Origin: an uncultured Candidatus Poseidoniales archaeon
GTDB lineage: Archaea > Thermoplasmatota > Poseidoniia > Poseidoniales > Poseidoniaceae
Assembly: GCA_963968475.1 (NCBI GenBank)
Contig: CAXAHE010000001.1
Span: 1 to 59,899 of the forward strand
Reading direction: 5' to 3'
Length of the DNA: 59,899 nt
Shown piece by piece: positions 44,611-53,090 of this stretch. The notes below the pieces were generated by a model, which was not told the origin of the DNA, ran no database searches, and was given only the letters and a program-made list of their open reading frames with translations. Every line of letters begins with the position of its first letter. Position 1 is the first letter of the stretch. The position numbers and the translations under genes are program-made.

Positions 44611-46301
44611 TGTGCTCGAAGTTCGGTTGCTTGAAGTGCTGATTCAGGTTTGATGATTGTGGCTTCATTGCACAAAATCATCGAGCCTTGACCATCATTG
44701 ATGACTCTTCCTGACGCCTCTAATCGGCAACCAAGTAAGCGATTTCGGATTGATTGAACATACATCATTGACCCGTTCGCTTGAATTTGGTCCACCATCG
44801 TGGAGTGGTCTGTTTCAAGCAGAGAAAGAGCAGCTTCTTTCGAAATGAGTAGTGCGCATGTAGCTCCTTGGTCATCGAGAACAAGACGGAGTCTGACATC
44901 CTCATTTCCTTCAACTGTTCCATGTTCGCTACATTGTCCTTCACGTAGTACTCTTCGACATTCTGGACATCGCATGATGGTTCCAGAATCTTCACGAATA
45001 GATACAATGGTGCCAGTAGTGGAGATTCCTACTCGACTTGGCCCACTCACAAGGTCGAGAAGTCCGACTTCCACTTTGAGATTTGCAAGGTCAAGGTTTC
45101 CATCCCAGGGAGTTTCATCCAATATTGTAATTTGCTCGGCTCTATCGACAGTAATGTCAGGAATACCTTGCCAAGCGCGAACACGTGCATCAGTGATGCG
45201 TACTGTAATCGGTAATTTCGTTTCATCAATTGGTAAATCAACCCATGCACTCATTCTGCATTGGCCAGTAGGGTCTGCAATCTGCCCAGACCAAAGGTAT
45301 CGTTCTTCTCCATCTTTGGTGAAAGTACGCTTTGCCCATTCAGTTATGCTGACAATAATTTCGACATCCTTGGAACCATCGCGAAGTGTACTTACTGTCC
45401 CAACAAGTCCTTCTTTCAAAGCATCCGTATCTGCGAAAGAGGCATCGTGGAATGGTTCAATTTTCGTGGTTCTGCCAAAGTTGAGTTCTGGTGTGTCTCG
45501 AAAGGTCTTGACTTGAGCGCCATCGACTTTTAGCAAAGAGCCGACTTCAAATTCAAAGGGTTCCCAAGAAAGGAAACCGATTGCACCCGATTCATCGGCT
45601 AAACGGCCTCGGACAACATCAATACTCCCGCTACCATCTCTTTTGTGTATTTGATCTGGACGTACCGACATGACTCGGCCGACAATGCAAACATATCCAT
45701 CACCAGGAAGGGAATCGATACCAATTGGCTCACCTGGGGCGACAACTGGCCGAGTTCCTTCACGCAAGACAGCAATGCGTGACGACTGATTGATATTGAT
45801 CGACATGCGTCCTTGGTATTCGTTGACTGATGCTCCTTCAATTCGAACAACAGATCCTGGTGTGATGTTGGCGTTATTGCCCCAGTCTTTGTACTCCCAG
45901 CGGGTTCTTTCTCCAGAACCTTCTTGCCATGGATCGTCTTCAAGAAGACCGAATGAAATTGATTTCGATTCTCCTCGAATCATTTGTTCACGAACATTGT
46001 GCGAAACGATTTCTACTTCGATTTCGATCTCACGATCGTCTGCTTTCAACTCGGAAAGAGAACTAACCTTTTTCGATGGTTTCTTCGTTTGACCACTCGC
46101 TCCTCCTTGAGAGGTTGGAGTGTCGCTTTCACTTCGAAATCTTCGAACAATCGATCGAATAGCATCTTGTGGGGGGATGAAGAATTCTTCTTCGTATTTC
46201 ACGAAAGCGGATCGGATTTCTTCTTGATCTGCGTCTGGACATTCCTGCAATACTGCTGCAATATGGCCTGCATATCGGTCGTCTCCGCTCAAAGAATCCA
46301 C
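44595..46301 (-). CDS. rpa: Replication protein A (multi-OB-fold ssDNA-binding protein with zinc finger)
   Basis: GTG start. 568 aa. It has three or four OB-like units, and CPECRRVLREGQCSEHG is the zinc finger embedded in the last OB. Confidence 0.8.
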   Translation of the reverse strand: MDSLSGDDRYAGHIAAVLQECPDADQEEIRSAFVKYEEEFFIPPQDAIRSIVRRFRSESDTPTSQGGASGQTKKPSKKVSSLSELKADDREIEIEVEIVSHNVREQMIRGESKSISFGLLEDDPWQEGSGERTRWEYKDWGNNANITPGSVVRIEGASVNEYQGRMSININQSSRIAVLREGTRPVVAPGEPIGIDSLPGDGYVCIVGRVMSVRPDQIHKRDGSGSIDVVRGRLADESGAIGFLSWEPFEFEVGSLLKVDGAQVKTFRDTPELNFGRTTKIEPFHDASFADTDALKEGLVGTVSTLRDGSKDVEIIVSITEWAKRTFTKDGEERYLWSGQIADPTGQCRMSAWVDLPIDETKLPITVRITDARVRAWQGIPDITVDRAEQITILDETPWDGNLDLANLKVEVGLLDLVSGPSRVGISTTGTIVSIREDSGTIMRCPECRRVLREGQCSEHGTVEGNEDVRLRLVLDDQGATCALLISKEAALSLLETDHSTMVDQIQANGSMMYVQSIRNRLLGCRLEASGRVINDGQGSMILCNEATIIKPESALQATELRAQWGME

Positions 46302-46444
46302 CCCCGCCAGGCGAATTGTTGATTGGGCCTGTGCGGAGAACAGGCTGCGGGCTTTCGTGCGGATTGGTTTAGACTTGACACTCCCATGACCTCCATGGAA
46401 CTGAACAAGACTGACGAGGGGTGATAAACAATCCCCTTCACAAT

Positions 46445-47854
46445 TCAGGCGGGATTGATACGCATTCCTTGTGCAAAGAGGACGTTTGAAAGATGATTAG
46501 TCCCAGTGCTTGACACACCGTTCCTTGTTGAACTACGGCCGAGACTGACTTCTTTTGACAAGGCTTTGAAGAGATTTCCAGAGACGCCAGCCTGTTTAAT
46601 CGGACCCAATATTTCTCCCTCTTCAATTCGAAGAACTGTACTCGAAGTGACTGAGAAATCTCCGCTCGTTGGGTTAGCCGTGTGTGCTCCCATGACACTG
46701 TGAATGACATAACCCGTACCCATTGTCTCAATCATCTCATCAAGGGACATTGGTGGCTTTGAGGACAGTAAATGGACATCGCCGCAACCTGTTACAGGCG
46801 GTGACATGTGGCTGCCTCGCGATGCAGATCCTGTGGATTCAGCAGAATCGGTTCTGCCTTCAGATACATTCTTTGCAGCATCTCTTGAGGACCATAGCAT
46901 CTTGCGGAGAGTACCATTTTCGATGATTGTGTGACATGATGTTGGAACGCCTTCAGCATCACGTGAACCCGAACCAAAACCACCTTCCATCCTTCGATCG
47001 TCCATCATTGTGAGATGGTTATCAAGCACAACTTCGTTCAATTTTCCAGACCAATATGATTCGCCTCGAACCATTCTTTCACCAAGAATTGATGGGCGGA
47101 TGATATTTGAGAATAAGGAACTGATACCCTGTGATGTCATTATGACAGGTGTATCTTGTGCATCTGATTGAATTTCAATAGGATCTCTTGTTTTTTGGGC
47201 CCATTCCACTGCTGTAGCCACACAATCTGGAATGCCTGCGATGAGTTTTCGCGAAGATGAACTCTCCCATGAACTTGTCATTTGGTCATCGACATCAATA
47301 GAGACTTGGACTCCTAAACCATGTGATGTTGATATCCCTGATGCTTCAATGCCTTGACTCGACAACATAACTCCTGCTTCGGCTCCAATCCCAATGCCTC
47401 CTCCAATAACAACAGCTCTTTCGTCGAGTGATGCGACTTCTGAGATGATGTCGTCTCCTTGAGTGAGGAGATCATCAGGCGATAATTTCAGAATTGCCTC
47501 ATCGAGCATTCCGTCAACAGGATTGGTTTTTTGCGCTGATGGTAAGGAGAAACCTGAGATGCTTGGGCTTGCCTTTGCGATGGACAATGCCTGTGAAACT
47601 GCGTGCTTGGCTCCTGAGACATCAACAAGATGTGCATAGCCATATCGACCGTTGTCCAGGATTCGAACACCAAATCCACCTTCACCGCCTCCAGAAGCGA
47701 GAGAAATTCTTCCTGCTTCGATATCGAGTGAACGGCCATATCCTTGCGTACCGACAATTTCCCATTCGGAAATGTGTTGTAATTCACATTCCTTAGAGAT
47801 CTCCTTGCATCCGTCAAGAAGCCGTTCAATCGCATCTTCCGGAATCATCCTCAT
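46445..47854 (-). CDS. pmbA: PmbA/TldE-family metalloprotease subunit
   Basis: 469 aa, paralogous to the adjacent TldD. It overlaps the tldD stop by 4 nt. Confidence 0.8.
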   Translation of the reverse strand: MRMIPEDAIERLLDGCKEISKECELQHISEWEIVGTQGYGRSLDIEAGRISLASGGGEGGFGVRILDNGRYGYAHLVDVSGAKHAVSQALSIAKASPSISGFSLPSAQKTNPVDGMLDEAILKLSPDDLLTQGDDIISEVASLDERAVVIGGGIGIGAEAGVMLSSQGIEASGISTSHGLGVQVSIDVDDQMTSSWESSSSRKLIAGIPDCVATAVEWAQKTRDPIEIQSDAQDTPVIMTSQGISSLFSNIIRPSILGERMVRGESYWSGKLNEVVLDNHLTMMDDRRMEGGFGSGSRDAEGVPTSCHTIIENGTLRKMLWSSRDAAKNVSEGRTDSAESTGSASRGSHMSPPVTGCGDVHLLSSKPPMSLDEMIETMGTGYVIHSVMGAHTANPTSGDFSVTSSTVLRIEEGEILGPIKQAGVSGNLFKALSKEVSLGRSSTRNGVSSTGTNHLSNVLFAQGMRINPA

Positions 47855-49290
47855 CCCACCAGTGCTTCTCGAATTCTCATGATTGGACCACCGTCACCTA
47901 CGGGGACTGTCTGTCCTTTTCCGCAGAACCCAGGGCTTGCTAACTTTGCGTCTTTGGTCAATCCATCGACATCGTTCAAGATTTGCAATGTAAGTCCACT
48001 TACGCTTACATCCCGCAGAGGGGTTGTGATTTCTCCATTCTCTATGAGATAGGCTTCTTGAGCAGCGAACTGGAAGGAACCACGGCCAGTATCTACCTGT
48101 CCACCACGTGATCCACATGCGTAGACCCCGTATTCAATGTCCTCCATCAGTTCATCAATATCATTGAAATTTCCACCCATGATCATTGTATTCGACATTC
48201 GAACAAGAGGATGATGAAGCCCGTCCTGGGCCCGTGCGCCTGCGTTTGGTTCCAATCCAAAGTGATGTGCGGTTTCTCTGTGATTCAAGTAATCGGTTAA
48301 GACGCCGTTCTTGATGAGTGTTTTTTCCCTGGTGTCAAGACCTTCATCGTCGATAGGATAGGCGCCATAGCCACCTCGTAGAGTGGGGTCATCAACAACT
48401 GTTACGATGTCGTTGCCAATTTTTTGGCCAAGTTTTCCATCAAGACACGAATCACCTGCAGCAACAAGGTCGGCTTCACATGGATGACCCAGTGCTTCAT
48501 GAATGTAGACTCCTGTAAGGTCTCGGTCTGCGATAAGAGGTAATTTTCCACTTGGGGCCCGCTTGGCTTTGAGTAGTCTCAATGCTGCGATACGAGCATC
48601 TCCACCAAGGCTTTGAAGATCACATGCCTCGATAAGTTCCAGCCCCCCTTCTCCGCCATGCCTCATTCTATAGGAGACAGGATCTCCGCCATCTCTGGCA
48701 GTTACCATGCCGTTGACCATCGATCGTTGGAATGACCATGTTCTGTCCATCCCCTCAGTTGTTAGGAGTTCAGTGTGGAGGTGCTCATCTGACCAACCAC
48801 ACGATACTGAGATAATCCGTTCATCATCATTAGCGGACTGATGGATATTATCGAGCATTGACAACTTTGTATCGAGATCCGTGTTTCGGACATCTTTCTT
48901 GGATTTCCAATGTATTTCATCCTGGTGAATTGGGATTTCAGCAAGTTGAATCGGATTTGAACCGCTTGGGCGGCGGGCAGCAACTGCTTTTGCGAGGCGC
49001 ACAGTTGCTTCGATTTCATTTGGAATGTTGCTAATATCTGTCGTAGAATGAACGCCCCATGCACCATCTGCTAGGATTCGAAGTGTTGCTCCAATCTCTT
49101 GACCTGGAATTGCATGTTCAAGTTGCCCATCCTTCAATCGTACCGAGGAAGTTGTTTCAGCCATCAAACGAATTTCAGCATAACTTGCTCCAAATGTCAA
49201 AGCATTGCTTAGAGCATTGTTCATCTTTGTGCGATCGAGGTATCTGGAGGAGTAGGAGGTTAGCGACGCTCGCTCGGATTGGATGACCAT
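47851..49290 (-). CDS. tldD: TldD-family metalloprotease
   Basis: 479 aa. It carries the IHEALGHPCEAD (HExxxH) motif and a typical TldD C-terminus (GFCGKGQTVPVGDGGP). Confidence 0.85.
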   Translation of the reverse strand: MVIQSERASLTSYSSRYLDRTKMNNALSNALTFGASYAEIRLMAETTSSVRLKDGQLEHAIPGQEIGATLRILADGAWGVHSTTDISNIPNEIEATVRLAKAVAARRPSGSNPIQLAEIPIHQDEIHWKSKKDVRNTDLDTKLSMLDNIHQSANDDERIISVSCGWSDEHLHTELLTTEGMDRTWSFQRSMVNGMVTARDGGDPVSYRMRHGGEGGLELIEACDLQSLGGDARIAALRLLKAKRAPSGKLPLIADRDLTGVYIHEALGHPCEADLVAAGDSCLDGKLGQKIGNDIVTVVDDPTLRGGYGAYPIDDEGLDTREKTLIKNGVLTDYLNHRETAHHFGLEPNAGARAQDGLHHPLVRMSNTMIMGGNFNDIDELMEDIEYGVYACGSRGGQVDTGRGSFQFAAQEAYLIENGEITTPLRDVSVSGLTLQILNDVDGLTKDAKLASPGFCGKGQTVPVGDGGPIMRIREALVG

Positions 49291-49355
49291 GTATCTTCTC
49301 TTGTGCGGAGGTGTTTGAACTCTTTGTTTTCAAGAGTCAGAGAAAAGGGATATTT

Positions 49356-49886
49356 TTATTGAGACGTGTTTACATCTGCAAGGAGAATATGGCCGATTAA
49401 AGCCGCCTCAATTCGTATTGCTTCTGTTTCTCCGTCAAGAGCAATACCTAGTTTTTCTGCACCGTGTGAGCTGATTTGGAGAGAAGTTTCAGTTCTTGTC
49501 AACCCAAGGTTTGTTAGGAGAGATTGAGCAGATGAAGTGACGTCATCATCGCTGAGAGGTTGGTCTATATTTGGAATATGGAGCAACCAGCCTGATTGAG
49601 CACCTTGCGCAAGGCCTGCTCGCTTGAAGGCCTCTGAGACATTGTGTGTTCCTGATAGGACCCTTAGAAACTCAGCATCCAATGTATGGGCTTGTGCCGT
49701 TGACCGCTCAATATTGCGTGAACTTACGACCGCAGCAGTCCATAGTTGGCGAGGCGTTTGTGCGACCTTGTCTCCACAAAAGACCCATCTTTCGGAAGGT
49801 TGCGACTCTTGGAAGGAATGGACAAATTGTTTGAGATCAATTGGCTTCTCTGAATCCCAAGACCAACATGGAAAGGTGCTCCACAT
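49356..49886 (-). CDS. Possible KEOPS subunit Cgi121-like protein
   Basis: 176 aa. ..NIERSTAQAHTLDAEFLRVLSGTHNVSEAFKRAGL.. resembles the Cgi121 block (..IAKS..MEILL.ASG.RQI.EAIK..G.). The resemblance is weak and judged by eye. Confidence 0.35.
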   Translation of the reverse strand: MWSTFPCWSWDSEKPIDLKQFVHSFQESQPSERWVFCGDKVAQTPRQLWTAAVVSSRNIERSTAQAHTLDAEFLRVLSGTHNVSEAFKRAGLAQGAQSGWLLHIPNIDQPLSDDDVTSSAQSLLTNLGLTRTETSLQISSHGAEKLGIALDGETEAIRIEAALIGHILLADVNTSQ

Positions 49887-49913
49887 AAACGCATGGCGTA
49901 CTCTGTTAGCACA

Positions 49914-52505
49914 TCAATTATCCGATTGACCTTCGCCTTCAAGTGGCATATCATCAGTTCGCTGACGTGGCGGAACAACCTTTTCTTCTTTGGATAAGAC
50001 ATTCTTCACTTCCTTGATAATATTCTCAACAAGTGTGGGCCCCCACCCTCTCCATGAAGCTATTTTTTGCTTGTCTGCACGTGTCATTTGCATGACATCT
50101 TTGGGAGTTCGTATGCCAAATCCGGCGAGAGAACGGGCTCTTGCACGGCCAACATGGCGTATTTTGACCAATTGTAGAAGATCTTCTTTGCATCCATGTC
50201 GGACACGTTGTCGGAGTAGGTCGAGATCTTTTGATAGTTGAGCTAATACTGGCATGTGTTCGTCAGCAAACACATCATCATTGAGCAGGATTTCACGAGC
50301 ACCATAGAGTAGCCATTCCATCAAATCGACACGATGATGAACGTCTCCAGGTGAAACGTCGAGTTGCTTTTCAATCTCTCTCATCGTTTCTTCTTCAAAC
50401 CAATGCTCAATACACCATGCCGATTTCACCAATCCCAGGTGTCGTTCTTCATAGGACATGTCATGGAGAAGTTCATCTTCAACTGCTGCAGCCTTCAGTT
50501 GAAGATCAGACCCTAGAGTTAAATCTGCAGTCTTAGCCCATAACGATGCAAAATCAGGAGTGCTGCAAGCCAGGTGAGTCAGTCCAAATTGTGTCACTGG
50601 TGCGTCGCCACGAACGATTCTTCGAACTGCTCTTCGCATTCCAGTTCTCATAATCGATGCAGAAAGAGGATCGAGATACAATTGAGCAATTCTTTCACCC
50701 ATCGCCGTAGCTTCGTAGTGCATTGCAGGATGTTCTCCTTTCTGTTGACTCCATCCTCCAACTTGGGTCATTGAAGAAGCCGATACAAAACCCAGAGAGG
50801 GTTCAGAATGTGGGGTTTGATTTCTTGATGTTGGCTCCTGTGGAGAGGTCATGCTTACTCCACCTGCATCTTGAGCAATTGTAACCCAGACAGGGACTTC
50901 ATCTTCCCAAGTTTCTTCATCATCTATGCCGGAGTTTGCAATACGGTCCTGATATTGTTCATCGACACCCTTCCGGCGAAGGAACCTTTCCTCGACGAGC
51001 CAATCCAACATTGTGTCAAGACGTTCTTGGAGTTGTGTAGAGGGCATCGTCGTGCCAAGGAATGTTGCTCCAAAGAAGGCTCCAATCGAGTGTCGGTGAA
51101 GTAAACCCCCTGTTGCCACCGAAGACAAAAGATGCATTCGCATTGCTGGTTCTGCTGCTAGTTTGGAAGTGATGTCTTCGATTGGACCGAAGAAATACCG
51201 CTCGCTGACATCATCAGCAACCTGCCATCCATCCGTGCCCTTACAGAGAATCCATGCTTCTCCAATATCATCGTAACGTGGCCTACCAGCTCTGCCAAGC
51301 ATCTGATGTACTTCCATAACTGGTAACGGGCGGCTCATTCCATCGTCCCAGCGTTTGATATCTCGTACCAAAACTCTTCGAGCGGGTAAATTCACTCCTG
51401 CTGCCAAGGTTGGGGTTGCACAAAGCGCTAGAAGCAAACCTTTCTTGAAAGCCCCTTCAATCACTTGGCGTTGTCGGTGTGTCAATCCAGCATGATGGAA
51501 TGCAACACCTCCCCGAACACAAAGAGCCAATGTTTCCCCCATACTTGTCTGGGTTCTTCCTTCCAGAGAATCTGCGATATGTTCAAGTTCAATCAGCCGC
51601 TCAGGTTGTTCTTTTGCAAATCGTTTCTTGACACGTGCAGAAAGTTTCTTTGCCTCAGATTGGGCACTTCTACGAGTTCCAACGAAGACCAAGACTTGAC
51701 CGCCTTGGTCAATACTATCATTGAGAACAATCCAAGAAGGATGGCTCAAAGGTCCTTCAAGATGTCTCGGAGGTGAAAGTGGTTGCATACTATTGTCCAT
51801 CGATGAGGACTGGACCTTGCGGGGTTCAAGGTGCCGATCATGCAGGGTGGAGTACTCCAAGTCCACAGGCCTCCAATCTGATTGTATGAGGGCAGCGTCA
51901 AGCCAAGTGGCGAGGATTTCACAATTTCCAACAGTCGCTGATAGGGCGATTAATTGGGCATTTGGTCGAAGAGTTCTCAATCGTGTCAGATTGATTTCAA
52001 GGGTTGGCCCTCTTGTTGCATCATGAAGCAGATGGAACTCATCAGCAACAACAACTGACACATTGCTCATAAGTTCTGATCGTGTTCGCATGAGTGAATC
52101 CAATTTCTCAGAGGTGCAGATAAGGATGTCACAATCCTCGATGTTCTTTGCCTCTGCAGTGGCGTCGCCCACTCCGAGCCCAATTTTCAAACCGATCTCG
52201 GCTCCGATTTCCTTAAGTTCCTCAAATTTTTCACTCGCTAGAGCCTTTAGAGGTACGATATATACTGCTCTTGAACCGGGATTATGGGTAAGTAATTGAT
52301 TGAGTATTGCTATGTAAGCAACTAGCGACTTACCTGATGCAGTTGGAATCGCAAGCAAGACATTTGAACGAGAGAATACAGCCTCCATCGCTTCATATTG
52401 TGGAGGATGCAAGTGTTCAATTTTCCATTTCGATGTGAAAAATTGGCGCACGTTTTCAGGAAGAGCAAGGTTTGCAATCGCTCTTTCCTCCTCGCCCATG
52501 ACCAT
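49914..52505 (-). CDS. hel308: Ski2-like DNA helicase Hel308/Hjm
   Basis: AIPTASGKS (Walker A), DEFH, SATVGN, HHAGL, GVNLPARRV and QMLGRAGRP are present. It has a ratchet/Sec63-like region and a C-terminal HhH (IRHVGRARARSL). 863 aa. Confidence 0.85.
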   Translation of the reverse strand: MVMGEEERAIANLALPENVRQFFTSKWKIEHLHPPQYEAMEAVFSRSNVLLAIPTASGKSLVAYIAILNQLLTHNPGSRAVYIVPLKALASEKFEELKEIGAEIGLKIGLGVGDATAEAKNIEDCDILICTSEKLDSLMRTRSELMSNVSVVVADEFHLLHDATRGPTLEINLTRLRTLRPNAQLIALSATVGNCEILATWLDAALIQSDWRPVDLEYSTLHDRHLEPRKVQSSSMDNSMQPLSPPRHLEGPLSHPSWIVLNDSIDQGGQVLVFVGTRRSAQSEAKKLSARVKKRFAKEQPERLIELEHIADSLEGRTQTSMGETLALCVRGGVAFHHAGLTHRQRQVIEGAFKKGLLLALCATPTLAAGVNLPARRVLVRDIKRWDDGMSRPLPVMEVHQMLGRAGRPRYDDIGEAWILCKGTDGWQVADDVSERYFFGPIEDITSKLAAEPAMRMHLLSSVATGGLLHRHSIGAFFGATFLGTTMPSTQLQERLDTMLDWLVEERFLRRKGVDEQYQDRIANSGIDDEETWEDEVPVWVTIAQDAGGVSMTSPQEPTSRNQTPHSEPSLGFVSASSMTQVGGWSQQKGEHPAMHYEATAMGERIAQLYLDPLSASIMRTGMRRAVRRIVRGDAPVTQFGLTHLACSTPDFASLWAKTADLTLGSDLQLKAAAVEDELLHDMSYEERHLGLVKSAWCIEHWFEEETMREIEKQLDVSPGDVHHRVDLMEWLLYGAREILLNDDVFADEHMPVLAQLSKDLDLLRQRVRHGCKEDLLQLVKIRHVGRARARSLAGFGIRTPKDVMQMTRADKQKIASWRGWGPTLVENIIKEVKNVLSKEEKVVPPRQRTDDMPLEGEGQSDN

Positions 52506-52586
52506 AGGTTACGTCAACGGGTGAAAAGGAATGCGCTTCAACTTGCATGCCGACACGCATAAGTCCTTTCGCTTTCTACGAGGTTC

Positions 52587-53090
52587 ATGGACGACAACAC
52601 CGAGTTGTTAATCGAGCAACGACTATCTGTATTTTCGGATGAACCAGATTTGAATGATTGGTTTGAAGTCATGTGTGGCGCTGCTATGACAGTTTTAGGT
52701 CTCTTTCATTTGGTTGAGCCAGGTGAATTAGTCGACCCTGATATGATGCGATGGTTTGCTGCATCTGTAATCGCTGCAGGAGCAGTCTGGGCAGGACATG
52801 GATTGAAAGACATGGCTGTGAAGGAAATGCGTCGCTCAACTGCTATGATGGAACTTACTTCTGATGCGCCAACAAATACTGTTGACCACGGTTTGATTCG
52901 TGACGTACTTCTTAATCCCGATGCATACAAGGATTTCTTGATCAAGGCTTACGAAGAGGCTTGGTCTGATGGAATCATCACAGAAGATGAACTTGAAGAT
53001 TTGAAGAAATTCCAAGCAGCGCTCGGAATTAGTGATGAAGATGCCAAGTCCATCTCGGCAAAAGCAAAGAAGTCAAACAGTGAAGAATGA
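52587..53090 (+). CDS. Hypothetical membrane protein (2 TM) with acidic helical C-terminal domain
   Basis: 167 aa with two hydrophobic helices, then ..AWSDGIITEDELEDLKKFQAALGISDEDA... I recognise no family. Confidence 0.45.
   Translation: MDDNTELLIEQRLSVFSDEPDLNDWFEVMCGAAMTVLGLFHLVEPGELVDPDMMRWFAASVIAAGAVWAGHGLKDMAVKEMRRSTAMMELTSDAPTNTVDHGLIRDVLLNPDAYKDFLIKAYEEAWSDGIITEDELEDLKKFQAALGISDEDAKSISAKAKKSNSEE

Noticed and set aside
44800-45516. Long antisense ORFs: 238 aa inside rpa, 170 aa at 41231..41743 inside the ATPase, 145 aa at 15644..16081, 142 aa at 15923..16351
   Set aside because: Each lies fully within, and opposite to, a gene with strong family motifs or clear membrane-protein character. 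Their translations are Ser/Arg/Pro-rich low complexity with no motifs.
49356-52505. A Hachiman-like defence pair (Hel308-like helicase plus nuclease)
   Set aside because: The helicase has the full Hel308 layout, including the ratchet region and C-terminal HhH. The adjacent 176-aa protein shows no PD-(D/E)XK motifs and looks Cgi121-like. The context is housekeeping.
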